Below, piece by piece: positions 54,914-64,000 of a stretch of 64,000 nucleotides of DNA. Each line of letters opens with the position of its first letter. Position 1 is the stretch's first letter. The notes under the pieces were generated by a model, which did not search any database, was not told the origin of the DNA, and saw only the letters and a list, made by a program, of their open reading frames with translations. The position numbers and the translations under genes are program-made. Where the stretch lies: the NCBI GenBank assembly GCA_963787375.1, contig CAWBCR010000013.1, positions 101,654 through 165,653 on the forward strand, given 5' to 3'. This DNA comes from an uncultured Chloroflexia bacterium (GTDB taxonomy: Bacteria; Chloroflexota; Anaerolineae; Aggregatilineales; UBA3940).

Positions 54914-56476
54914 GTGCAACAGCATTCCTCGCCATGGGACACGATCCGCGCGCGGCTGACCCCGGCACGGCTGATAGTCGTCGGCCTGCTGGCGGGCTGG
55001 ATTGCCCTCAATCTGCTGACCCTCGACCGCTACCCCATCGCCGGGTGCGACGAAGCCTCCCGCAGCCAGGTGGCTTACAACATCATCCATACGGGGCGCT
55101 TTGGCTATGACGCGCGGTTGGGCCTGGGCGGCAGCGCCGCCAACATCGCGACCAACGGTCGGCTGGCCGAGATCGCCATCGCCCTGACTCAGCTTGCCTT
55201 CGGCCCGACGCTGTGGGCCAGCCGGTTGTCGTCGCTGATCGCGGGGCTGGTCACGGCGCTGGTGCTATTCAAGCTGGGCGAAGCCATCGCCAACCGGCGC
55301 ACGGGCGCTGTCGCCGCGCTGGTCTACCTGCTGCTGTGGCGCACGCTGTACCACACACATTTCGCCCGGCCTGAAGCCTGGACAGCCGCGGCTGCTGTCG
55401 TGGCCCTGTGGCTGCTGTGGCGGATGATCGAGCGGCCCACCTTCTGGAACGGCGCGCTGGCCGGGCTGGCCGCCGCGCTGGTGGTCGACTTCCACTTCCT
55501 GGGGCTCAGCTTCGCCGCCGCTGCCGGGCTGATCGTCGTGTTTGTCGGCGTCCGCAGCCACCGCTGGCCAATGGTGGGGGCGTTTGCCGCCGGCGGTGCG
55601 CTGGGTCTGATTTACTGGCTGGCAGCTCACCTGCTGCCCGACCCGTCCGCGTTCATGACGCAGGTCTTTCAGGTCCACGCCCAGCACGGCGCGACGAATT
55701 TCGCCGGGTTCAGCGTGCTGGGCTCGGTCGTGGGGCTGGGGCGCTTCTACTGGGGCGAGTTCGTTGGCAGCAACGGCTATCTCGACGCGTTCCCGGCGCT
55801 GTTCTTCGCCATCGGCATCGCCGGTACGGTCCTGCGCCGTGATCGCGGCTCGCGGCTGACGCTGGGCTATTATGGCCTATCCACACTGGTCTTCACTTTC
55901 ATCGCTCCGGTCAAGAAATGGTACAACGCGATGGACTGGGTACCGCTGTTGGCTTTGATGGTCGGGCTGGCGCTGGACAGCCTGCCCGACCTGCTGGTGA
56001 AGCTCAGGACGCTGTCGCGCATTTCGCCGCAGGCAATCCGGGTGGGGCTGCTCGCACCGCTGGTGGTTGGACTGCTGGCCGGCGACCTGTATCTGCTGTA
56101 CAAGTTTCGCAGCGCGAACTTCTACGCCTACAGCGAGCCGCTCACGTCTGTCGTCCCGCCCGGCGAGACGCTCGTCGGCCCGCACCAGTTCTGGTTCGCG
56201 CGGCCCGATCAGCCGTTCGTTGCCACGACCGTCACACAGTGGATGGATGTCAGCGAGGGGCGTCCGTTTGACTCCGCCATGGCTCAGCAGCTGTATGACC
56301 TCATTGCGCCGGCCTACGTCGTGATGCTCCCGCAGTGGGAATGCCTGACGGCCCCGGTGCCCAGCTATGACGTGATGGCGCCCGTCATCTTCGACCACTG
56401 TACACCGGTCGCTTCGAGTTCGACGCAGTGGTACCCCGACGCGACGCTGTATCAGTGCCCGGCGTCGACACCGTAG
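54914..56476 (+). CDS. GT-C-fold glycosyltransferase family membrane protein (ArnT/PMT, GT39/GT83-like)
   Basis: The proposed GTG start at 54914 lies 7 nt after AGGAGA; the ORF-track start at 54797 lies inside the tRNA. It has many TM segments and an early DE motif ([11 protein letters not shown]) typical of the first loop of ArnT/PMT-like enzymes. Confidence 0.6.
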   Translation: MQQHSSPWDTIRARLTPARLIVVGLLAGWIALNLLTLDRYPIAGCDEASRSQVAYNIIHTGRFGYDARLGLGGSAANIATNGRLAEIAIALTQLAFGPTLWASRLSSLIAGLVTALVLFKLGEAIANRRTGAVAALVYLLLWRTLYHTHFARPEAWTAAAAVVALWLLWRMIERPTFWNGALAGLAAALVVDFHFLGLSFAAAAGLIVVFVGVRSHRWPMVGAFAAGGALGLIYWLAAHLLPDPSAFMTQVFQVHAQHGATNFAGFSVLGSVVGLGRFYWGEFVGSNGYLDAFPALFFAIGIAGTVLRRDRGSRLTLGYYGLSTLVFTFIAPVKKWYNAMDWVPLLALMVGLALDSLPDLLVKLRTLSRISPQAIRVGLLAPLVVGLLAGDLYLLYKFRSANFYAYSEPLTSVVPPGETLVGPHQFWFARPDQPFVATTVTQWMDVSEGRPFDSAMAQQLYDLIAPAYVVMLPQWECLTAPVPSYDVMAPVIFDHCTPVASSSTQWYPDATLYQCPASTP

Positions 56477-56562
56477 GCCGGGCGGCCTTCGCATTCCCCG
56501 CCCCCTGCTTTTGCGAGCGGCGGCATCTGTAGCTATGATTAGGCACTCTGACAGGGGGCACC

Positions 56563-57687
56563 ATGGCAGTCAAGCGCATTCGGGTGGGCGTCATTTTCGG
56601 CGGGCGCAGCGGCGAGCATGAAGTCTCGCTGCGCTCGGCGAAATCAGTCATGGACGCGATTGACAGGGACAAGTACGAGGTGCTGCCGATTGGCATCACG
56701 CGCGAGGGCCGCTGGATCGCCGGCGGCGATCCGCTCAAAGTGCTGGCGTCCGGCTCCGGTGATGGGATCCCGGCGGCGCTGCTCGGCGAGCCGGGCGACC
56801 CGACGATCAAGGCTATTGCGCCTGCCGGTGAGCGCGCATCCGCCAGCCTGACCGACATCGCCACCGTCGACGTGATCTTCCCGGTGCTGCACGGCCCCTA
56901 TGGCGAGGATGGCACGGTGCAGGGTCTGCTGGAGCTGGCCGACATCGCCTACGTTGGGTCAGGCGTGGTGGGCTCGGCGGTGGGCATGGACAAGGCCGTC
57001 TTCAAGGCGGTGATGCAGGCCCATGACATCCCGGTGCTGCCCTACCTGCTGATCCTGCGCGGCGAATGGGATTCGGGCCCGGACGCCGTGCTCGACCGGA
57101 CCGAGGCGGCGCTGGCCTACCCGGTGTTCGTCAAGCCGGCCAACATGGGCAGCAGCGTCGGCGTGACAAAAGCCCACAACCGCGACGATCTGCGCGCCGC
57201 CTTCGCCGAGGCCGCGCAGTACGACCGCCGCCTGCTCGTCGAGCAGGGTATCGATGCCCGCGAGATCGAGATCAGCGTGCTGGGCAACGAGGCTCCGACT
57301 GCCTCGGTGCCGGGCGAGGTGGTCCCCGGTGACGAGTTCTACTCCTATGACGACAAGTACATCAACGACGCCGCGCGGCTGCTGATCCCTGCCCCGCTCG
57401 ACGAGGCGACCACCGCCCGAGTGAAGAAGATAGCCGTCGCCGCGTACAGCGCCATCGATGCTGCCGGGCTGGCCCGCTGCGACTTCCTACTCGACAGGGC
57501 AACCGGCAAGCTGTGGATGAACGAGATCAACACCATCCCCGGCTTCACGTCGATCAGCATGTACCCCAAGCTGTGGGAGGCCAGCGGCATATCCTACCCG
57601 GAGCTGATCGACCGGCTGATCCAGCTTGCGCTGGAGCGCCACGCCGAGAAGCGCCGCAACAAGACATCCTACGAGCGCGGCCAGTAG
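56563..57687 (+). CDS. ddl: D-alanine--D-alanine ligase
   Basis: [40 protein letters not shown] and ATP-grasp motifs up to [10 protein letters not shown]. Confidence 0.9.
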   Translation: MAVKRIRVGVIFGGRSGEHEVSLRSAKSVMDAIDRDKYEVLPIGITREGRWIAGGDPLKVLASGSGDGIPAALLGEPGDPTIKAIAPAGERASASLTDIATVDVIFPVLHGPYGEDGTVQGLLELADIAYVGSGVVGSAVGMDKAVFKAVMQAHDIPVLPYLLILRGEWDSGPDAVLDRTEAALAYPVFVKPANMGSSVGVTKAHNRDDLRAAFAEAAQYDRRLLVEQGIDAREIEISVLGNEAPTASVPGEVVPGDEFYSYDDKYINDAARLLIPAPLDEATTARVKKIAVAAYSAIDAAGLARCDFLLDRATGKLWMNEINTIPGFTSISMYPKLWEASGISYPELIDRLIQLALERHAEKRRNKTSYERGQ

Positions 57688-57708
57688 GGTTCGCGGTATA
57701 GTATCGCC

Positions 57709-58527
57709 ATGACACAGCCAACCATCCGCACCCCGCGCCGCAGCGACCCCACGCGGCCCGCCGCCCGGCCCATGCCGCGCTTCGGCTTTCGCCTGCTGCC
57801 GGCGGGCGACGTGTTCCCGTGGCGGGCGGTCAGCGGGCTGATCGTCGTGGCGCTGCTGGCTGCTGGCGCGTTCCTGTTCACCAACCCGCTGTTCTTCGTG
57901 ACCCGCGCCGAAGTCGGTGGGGTGCGCTACACGCCCGCCGAGGAGTTGTTCACCGACGCCGGTATCGCCGGGCTGCATGTGCTGTGGGTCGACCCGGACG
58001 CGGTGCAGGCAAGACTGGCCGAGTCGCCCGGCCTCGACTTAGTGCAGGTGCTGGTGCGCTGGCCCGCCCGCGTGATCATCCTGGTGCGCGAGCGCGAGCC
58101 AGCGCTGGTGTGGGAGCAGGGCGGCGAGCGTTACTGGGTTGATGTGAACGGCAACCTGATGGTCATGCGCCGCGACCTGCCCAACCTGGTGCGGGTGATC
58201 AACGAGGGCGACGCGATCCCGTTCCACTGCCCCGGCCCGACCTGTACCAACAACAACACGGTCACCATCGACCCGGAGGTGGTGCTCGGCACGCAACAGC
58301 TTAAGACGCTGCGATCTAACATAGACGTGCTATACTATGATCCGGTGCGCGGCTTGAGCTACCAGGACGGGCGCGGCTGGCGCGGCTATTTCGGCGTCGG
58401 CACCGACATGGACCTCAAGCTGACCATCTACGAGCAGATTGTCGCGGACCTCGTGGCGCGCGGCTTGCAGCCGGTGTATATCGACGTGGGCCACCCGGAC
58501 GCGCCGTTCTACGCGGTGAAGCGCTAG
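57709..58527 (+). CDS. ftsQ: Cell division protein FtsQ (POTRA domain)
   Basis: An N-terminal TM segment followed by a POTRA-like region (VRYTPAEELFTDAGIAGLHVLWVDPDAVQARL). Located between ddl and ftsA. Confidence 0.75.
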   Translation: MTQPTIRTPRRSDPTRPAARPMPRFGFRLLPAGDVFPWRAVSGLIVVALLAAGAFLFTNPLFFVTRAEVGGVRYTPAEELFTDAGIAGLHVLWVDPDAVQARLAESPGLDLVQVLVRWPARVIILVREREPALVWEQGGERYWVDVNGNLMVMRRDLPNLVRVINEGDAIPFHCPGPTCTNNNTVTIDPEVVLGTQQLKTLRSNIDVLYYDPVRGLSYQDGRGWRGYFGVGTDMDLKLTIYEQIVADLVARGLQPVYIDVGHPDAPFYAVKR

Positions 58528-58639
58528 AGGGCCTCACTACCCCCCAACACCGGCACAGGGTTCAGGGGCGTGTGTGGACCCCGGCTGCCTTTTGCATCAG
58601 GTCCGGCGATTGCGCCGGCCATGAATGGACTGAACAACC

Positions 58640-59890
58640 GTGAGCACAGAACGTATCGTCGTCGGCCTTGACGTGGGCACAACCAAGATCAGCACGATCG
58701 TGGGCGAGATCGGCAGTGGCGAGGACATCCGCATCATCGGCGTCGGCATCGAGCCGGCGCGCGGTATGAGCAAGGGCACCGTGGTCGACGTGGCGCTCGC
58801 CACCGAAGCGGTGCGATCCGCCAAGCGCCAGGCCGAGCGCACCTCCGGCTATGAGATCGGGCGGGCCTACGTCAGCGTGGCGGGCAAGCACATCGCCTCG
58901 ATCAACAGCCGCGGCGTCACGGGCCTCAACCCCAACAGGGGTGTCGTCGAACAGGACGACCTTGAGCGCGCCATCGAGGCCGCCCGCGCTGTCGCGCTGC
59001 CCCACAACCGCGAAGTGCTGCACGTCATCGCTCGCTCATATACCGTCGACGGGCGCGACGGCATCCGCAACCCACTGGGTATGGCCGCCTACCGCCTCGA
59101 AGTCGAGGCGCACATTATCACCGCTGCGTCGTCGTCGCTGCGAAACCTGGAGAAGTGCGTCAACGACGCCGGGCTGTCGGTCGACCGCTTTGTGCTGAAC
59201 CCGCTGGCCAGCGGCGAGGCCGTGCTGACCGAGGCCGAGCGCGAGTCGGGCGTAGTGGTGATCGACATCGGCGGCGGCACGACCGATATCGCCGTGTTCA
59301 TCGAGGGGACGGTGTGGCACACCGCCGTGATCGAGGTGGGCGGCAACCACATCACCAGCGACATCGCCCATGTGCTGCACCTGCCCATCGACGAGGCCGA
59401 GCGGATCAAGGTGGAGCACGGCAACGCGCTGCCGGAGACCGTCGAGCGCGATCGGATCATCACCGTGCAGCCGTTCGGCGAGGAGATGCCCACGCAGGTC
59501 CTCGGCTACGACGTGTCGCAGATCATCGAGGCGCGCGTCGACGAGATCTTTACGCTCGTCATGCAGGAACTGAAGCGCTCTGGCTACGATGGTCTGCTGC
59601 CGGCGGGCGTGGTGCTCACCGGCGGCACGTCGATGCTCAAGAACATCCGTAACAGCGCCAGCCGCGTGATGCACCTCCCGGTCCGCGTCGCGCAGCCGGG
59701 CGGCATCACCGGTCTGGTCGATAAGCTGGCATCGCCGGCGCATTCCACCGGGGTGGGGCTGCTGCGCTTCGCGCAGCGCATCGACTCCGGTGATACGCTC
59801 GGCACGCGCCCGCGCCGCCCCCACAAAGACCGCCCCGACATCGGCAAGGCGCTCGGCGACATCTTTGGCCGCCTGCTGCCCGACGAGTAG
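58640..59890 (+). CDS. ftsA: Cell division protein FtsA
   Basis: IVVGLDVGTTKISTIVGE, VIDIGGGTTDIAVF and VLTGGTSMLKNI are actin-like ATPase motifs. GTG start. Confidence 0.9.
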   Translation: MSTERIVVGLDVGTTKISTIVGEIGSGEDIRIIGVGIEPARGMSKGTVVDVALATEAVRSAKRQAERTSGYEIGRAYVSVAGKHIASINSRGVTGLNPNRGVVEQDDLERAIEAARAVALPHNREVLHVIARSYTVDGRDGIRNPLGMAAYRLEVEAHIITAASSSLRNLEKCVNDAGLSVDRFVLNPLASGEAVLTEAERESGVVVIDIGGGTTDIAVFIEGTVWHTAVIEVGGNHITSDIAHVLHLPIDEAERIKVEHGNALPETVERDRIITVQPFGEEMPTQVLGYDVSQIIEARVDEIFTLVMQELKRSGYDGLLPAGVVLTGGTSMLKNIRNSASRVMHLPVRVAQPGGITGLVDKLASPAHSTGVGLLRFAQRIDSGDTLGTRPRRPHKDRPDIGKALGDIFGRLLPDE

Positions 59891-60088
59891 CCGGCCTTTG
59901 CGCCGGCGTCGGGCCAGAATTACTGCCCTGCCTGCACCGGCTTCACGCTGTTTGCCGCCAGGACCAAAGGCCGCTTGCGCGATTTTCAAGCTTGTCATAA
60001 GATGGTGCTACTCTATACCGTATACATCCGATCCGCGCGCCGGGCATGGCCAATGAGCGTGGACAAAGCATCCAGAAGGTGTTGAGTT

Positions 60089-61285
60089 ATGTCCGACAGT
60101 GATCAACTGAATCTGCCAGCAGTTGGGCGTCCGCAGGACCGAGGAGACCGGCCAATGAGTGAAGCAAAGCAGCAGCAAAGCAAATCATCTTACGCCAAGA
60201 TCAAGGTGATCGGCGTGGGTGGCGGCGGCAATAACGCCGTCAACCGCATGATTGAAGAAGGGCTTCAGGGCGTGGAGTTCATGTCGATCAACACCGACGC
60301 CCAGGCCCTCGACACCTCGCTGGCCAAGGAGCGCGTGCAGGTCGGTGGCAAGCTCACGCGCGGGCTGGGCGCGGGCGGCGATCCGGAAGTGGGCCGCAAG
60401 GCCGCCGAAGAATCGCGCGACGAGCTGGGCAAGGCTATCGGCGAGACGGACATGGTGTTTATTACCGCCGGTATCGGCGGTGGCACCGGCACCGGCGCAT
60501 CACCGATCATTGCCGACATCGCCAAGAAGCAGGGCGCGCTGACCATTGGCGTCGTCACCCGCCCGTTCAGCTTCGAAGGCCGCCAGCGCGAGCGCGTCGC
60601 CATCGACGGCATCGAGCGGCTCAAGAACGCGGTCGACACGCTGATCGTCATCCAGAACGACCGGCTGCTCAAGATTGTCGACAAGCGCGCCAGCCTGCGT
60701 GAAGCCTTCTCGACTGCCGACGACGTGCTGCGGCAGGGCATCCAGGGCATCAGCGAGCTGATTACCGTCCCCGGCCTGATTAATCTCGACTTTGCGGATG
60801 TGCGCACGATTATGTCGGAGGGCGGCGCGGCGCTGATGGCCGTCGGCGTGGCCGCCGGCGAGGAACGCGCGCGGAAGGCCGCGCAGCAGGCCATCACCAA
60901 CGAGCTGCTCGACGTGACCATCAACGGCGCATCCGGCATCCTGTTCAACGTGACCGGTGGCCCCGACATGTCGCTGTTCGAAGTCAACCAGGCCGCCGAG
61001 ATCATCCAGGAGACAGCGGACCCCAACGCCAACCTGATCTTCGGCGCGGTCATCGACGAGTCGATGGTCGACTCGATGCGCATCACGGTAATCGCGACCG
61101 GCTTCGGCCAGATCCGCACGTCACGCCCGCGCTTTGGCGTCGACCAGTCGGCGGCAGCGAGCACCACGCACACCCCCGACCTCCAGCGCCCGCCCGCTGC
61201 CGATCAGCAGCCGGCCAGCTATGAGGACAACCTGGAGATCCCGGCCTTCCTGCGCCGTCGCAGCCGCGACCAGGGCCACGACTGA
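60089..61285 (+). CDS. ftsZ: Cell division GTPase FtsZ
   Basis: [17 protein letters not shown] and the tubulin signature [11 protein letters not shown]-terminal peptide LEIPAFLRR. The alternative start is ATG 60155 after GAGGAGA. Confidence 0.9.
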   Translation: MSDSDQLNLPAVGRPQDRGDRPMSEAKQQQSKSSYAKIKVIGVGGGGNNAVNRMIEEGLQGVEFMSINTDAQALDTSLAKERVQVGGKLTRGLGAGGDPEVGRKAAEESRDELGKAIGETDMVFITAGIGGGTGTGASPIIADIAKKQGALTIGVVTRPFSFEGRQRERVAIDGIERLKNAVDTLIVIQNDRLLKIVDKRASLREAFSTADDVLRQGIQGISELITVPGLINLDFADVRTIMSEGGAALMAVGVAAGEERARKAAQQAITNELLDVTINGASGILFNVTGGPDMSLFEVNQAAEIIQETADPNANLIFGAVIDESMVDSMRITVIATGFGQIRTSRPRFGVDQSAAASTTHTPDLQRPPAADQQPASYEDNLEIPAFLRRRSRDQGHD

Positions 61286-61305
61286 TCGCCAGACCGCTCA
61301 ACAAA

Positions 61306-61338
61306 ACGACCCTGCCGCCGGCAGGGTCGTTTGTTTAT
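61306..61338. terminator. Bidirectional rho-independent terminator
   Basis: ACGACCCTGC (61306-61315), loop CGCCG, GCAGGGTCGT (61321-61330), then TTGTTTAT. The reverse strand reads the same stem followed by TTTTGTTG. It lies between the ftsZ stop and the convergent stop at 61355. Confidence 0.85.
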
Positions 61339-61354
61339 GGCAGTGGGATGGCTT

Positions 61355-62155
61355 TCATGCCATCAGCGCATCCTGCGGAAAGGAGAGCCGCTGCGGGTCG
61401 GGCTGGCCCGCCTCAAGCATCTGCCGGTTGGTCTGCTCAAACTGGCGATGCAGCGCAAGCTGCACTTCCCGCTGCGCCACCGATGGCTCTGACGTGTACA
61501 CCACCAGCGTCGCCGCATACGCACCGGAGATGTAGGCCAGCCACCGCCCGCCGTCGATCTGCGTTGAGCTGCTCTGTTCCGCCGACTGTTCGCCGGGGCT
61601 GCGCTGGAGGTTGGCCATCAGCGATGCCATCGCCTCGCCGTCGAGCAGGCAGTCGCCCAGCAGCTTCAGCGGGCTGCCCGTCCACATGTCAAATACCACC
61701 ACACCGCTGACTTCCGCCGCGTGCTGCTTGCGCAGGAATGCGGTGTGTCCTTCGACGGCAACCCGCTTCCAGGCGTCCGAGTTGGGGTTGCGCTTCAGCA
61801 GCCGGCCAATGACGGCACGCTGCTCGGCGTAGTGGGTGAAGATCGCCTGGAACTGCGCCTGGTTGATGCGCCCCTCGTTCAGCTCGCGTGCCACCTGCAC
61901 CATCTTCTCGTCGAGCGCCTCAAGCGCGCCCTCCGCCTGCTGCGCGATCTCCGCCGCCGGCCTGCCCCCCGCCGCCAACTGGTCGAGGGCGACGTCGAGG
62001 TCGTCGGTCGAGAAGGGGCTGACGTGCTCGCCGGCGGGTGCTGCTTGCGGCTGGTCATCAGCAGCCTTGAGCCGTCCCAGCAGCGAGTGCGACGCGGGTG
62101 ACCACGGCAACGGTGCGTCGTCTGGTTTGGGGTCGTCGTCGCGATTACCTGTCAT
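61355..62155 (-). CDS. Hypothetical protein (acidic N-terminus, coiled-coil middle, C-terminal region faintly Roadblock/LC7-like)
   Basis: 266-aa ORF with coding-like composition. The domain assignment is a by-eye impression only. Confidence 0.45.
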   Translation of the reverse strand: MTGNRDDDPKPDDAPLPWSPASHSLLGRLKAADDQPQAAPAGEHVSPFSTDDLDVALDQLAAGGRPAAEIAQQAEGALEALDEKMVQVARELNEGRINQAQFQAIFTHYAEQRAVIGRLLKRNPNSDAWKRVAVEGHTAFLRKQHAAEVSGVVVFDMWTGSPLKLLGDCLLDGEAMASLMANLQRSPGEQSAEQSSSTQIDGGRWLAYISGAYAATLVVYTSEPSVAQREVQLALHRQFEQTNRQMLEAGQPDPQRLSFPQDALMA

Positions 62156-62378
62156 GCTTGCTCACCTGGTCCAGTTGTCCCGTACACCCCTCATTATAAC
62201 CAGCCGCAGGCGCAGCCACGACTCCGTTTCGCTATTTTCAGGCCTTTTTCGTTTTTCGGCGCGCAGCCCCGCCGGACTGCGCCGTTTGTGGAATGCGCCC
62301 GTGAAACTATAATGGCAAGGTATGCCACGTGGATACGCCCGGCCCAGTCTCACCCTACTGCCAAAGGACGGAGTGCCT

Positions 62379-64000
62379 ATGAATGAGCCTGACATGAATA
62401 CGCTGCGTCACGACCTGGCCCGCGAGCGGCGCAAACTCGACCTGATCATGGCGCTGGACAGCATCCGCGATGTGCCGCAGGAGCCCGCTGCGATGCTGTC
62501 GGCCATCGTGAACCGCCTGGCCGACGAGTTCTCAGCTGCGCTGGTGCTGCTGATCCTGTTCGACCGCGACACGGGCGACCTTGAGCTGCGCGGCATCACC
62601 GACCGGAGCCGCCGCTTTGGCAGCCTCACCGCCGACGCGCTGCGCGACGTGACGCTGCGGATCATCAAACAGGCCTCGATTGCCATCTGGGAGGGTGAGG
62701 AGATCCAGGCTGCGCTGGGCATGCCCGGCGAGCAGGGGCTCCAGGTCGCCGCCGTCCCGATCATCATGGGCACCAAGCTGCGGCTCGGCGCGCTGCTTGT
62801 CGCGCGGATCGGCACGCCGTTTGACCAGGACGACATGGATCTGCTCGACGTGGCAGAGAGCCAGCTCGACTCGGCGGTGATCCAGAGCTACGACTATTAC
62901 GAGCTGCACCTACGCAACCGCGAGCTGGAGACGATCTACCGCGTCGACCGCATTCGCGACGAGAACATGCCCTTTGACCACATGCTGACCGCCGTGCTGC
63001 AGGAGCTGCGCAAGGCCATCCCGTCCGAGATGGGCTTCATCATGCTCTACGACCGGGCCGGCGACCGGCTGGAGCTGCGCGCCGTGGCGCACGACGACCT
63101 GTTCCGCGTGGCAGGCTACTACGACGTAATCGACGAGGTCGGCAACGAAGCGCTGCGCGCGGGCCACGCCGTCTTTCACAATGACCGCTCCGGCGACCTG
63201 CACTCCATCGTCGCCATCCCGCTGATCCTGCGCAACGAGATACTGGGCGTGTTTGGCGTCATCAACAGCGTCAGCGGATCGGGCTTCGAAGAAGGGGAGC
63301 GCCGCCTGCTGGCGGCCATCGCCAGCCAGATGGACACCGCTATCTTTGAGAGCATGGAGCAGCGGCGGCTACGCCGCGTGCTGGGGCGCTCGGTGGACCC
63401 GCGAATCCTCGAACGCCTGCTGGCCAACCCCGATGTCGATTTCCTCAAGGGCGAGCGCGCGGTGGTGACTGTGCTGTACGCCGACGTGCGCGGCTCGACC
63501 AGCCTGGCCGAGCGTACCGAGCCGGAGCAACTGGTCGGCTTTCTGAACGCCTACCTGGGACGCATGGCTGACATCGTCTTCGAGCACGAGGGAACGCTGG
63601 ATAAGTTCGTCGGCGACGAGGTGATGGCGCTGTTCAGCGCGCCGTTCGACATGCCCGACCACGCGCTGCGGGCTGTGCGGGTGGGCCTGGCGATGCAAGA
63701 AGCCCACGCCGTCTTGATGGAGGATTGGAAGGCGCGCGGCGTCGACGCCGCCCCGATTGGCGTGGGCATCGCCACCGGCGAGATGATCGTCGGCGAGATT
63801 GGCTCGGTGCACCGCACGGACTACACCGTGATCGGGCAGGCAGCCAACCTTGGATCGCGCATCTGCGGCGTGGCGCAACCGGGCCAGGTGCTCATCAGCC
63901 AGGCGACCTACGACCTGGTGATGGGGCAGGTGGAGGCCAGGCCCATCGTCGGCCTGGAACTAAAGGGGGTCCACGAGCCGGTCACCGTCTACGACGTGGC
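62379..64000 (+). CDS. GAF-GAF-class III adenylate/guanylate cyclase (3' end beyond window)
   Basis: Own translation from ATG 62379 after GGACGGAG; it is not in the ORF track because there is no stop. MNEPDMNTLRHDLARERRKLDLIMALDSIRD..., two GAF-like modules, then VVTVLYADVRGSTSLAE...LDKFVGDEVMALF...GVGIATGEMIVGEIGS...DYTVIGQAANLGSRI (CYCc catalytic core). Confidence 0.8.
   Translation, partial: MNEPDMNTLRHDLARERRKLDLIMALDSIRDVPQEPAAMLSAIVNRLADEFSAALVLLILFDRDTGDLELRGITDRSRRFGSLTADALRDVTLRIIKQASIAIWEGEEIQAALGMPGEQGLQVAAVPIIMGTKLRLGALLVARIGTPFDQDDMDLLDVAESQLDSAVIQSYDYYELHLRNRELETIYRVDRIRDENMPFDHMLTAVLQELRKAIPSEMGFIMLYDRAGDRLELRAVAHDDLFRVAGYYDVIDEVGNEALRAGHAVFHNDRSGDLHSIVAIPLILRNEILGVFGVINSVSGSGFEEGERRLLAAIASQMDTAIFESMEQRRLRRVLGRSVDPRILERLLANPDVDFLKGERAVVTVLYADVRGSTSLAERTEPEQLVGFLNAYLGRMADIVFEHEGTLDKFVGDEVMALFSAPFDMPDHALRAVRVGLAMQEAHAVLMEDWKARGVDAAPIGVGIATGEMIVGEIGSVHRTDYTVIGQAANLGSRICGVAQPGQVLISQATYDLVMGQVEARPIVGLELKGVHEPVTVYDV

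Overview
High-GC bacterial chromosomal segment, with no rRNA and no CRISPR array. The gene content (alternative complex III, a TreS-linked sugar ABC operon, giant SdrD-B/C25 surface proteins, ddl-ftsQAZ) suggests a Chloroflexota-like aerobe, but that is inference only. Left to right: a sugar-catabolic block (PfkB kinase, GH4 glycosidase, amidohydrolase). Then a lasso-peptide-like RiPP locus: AsnB-type cyclase, a short precursor with a textbook YxxPxLx3Gx5Tx leader, an HprK-related kinase and a convergent PF14907 nucleotidyltransferase, with no B1/B2 protease or exporter. Then a membrane-anchored AAA ATPase/SH3b protein. Next come a roughly 10-kb surface-protein gene (SdrD-B-like repeats + C25 gingipain-like module + PKD domains) broken by at least 9 frame changes, facing a convergent intact paralog (cadherin-like repeats + the same C25 module). 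After that: an FMN-binding/ApbE/NqrB-like-FNR flavinylation module preceded by four 11-bp phased repeats, a DinB gene, and a variant alternative complex III operon. Then yjbQ and a LacI-SBP-permease-permease-TreS operon in which the second permease carries a cytochrome c domain. Then thrC-[unknown+UbiA]-thrB and two-component/cNMP signalling genes. Then a HAD hydrolase, a Tat lipoprotein and an L,D-transpeptidase that share a duplicated 137-bp promoter/signal-peptide module. Finally an IS200-type element beside tRNA-Phe, a GT-C glycosyltransferase, ddl-ftsQ-ftsA-ftsZ and a GAF-GAF adenylate cyclase running off the right edge. About 17 frame disruptions occur, and those I could resolve sit at short homopolymer runs. 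They are probably assembly indels, and the affected genes are called as assembled. All calls rest on my own reading of the translations; no database search was possible.
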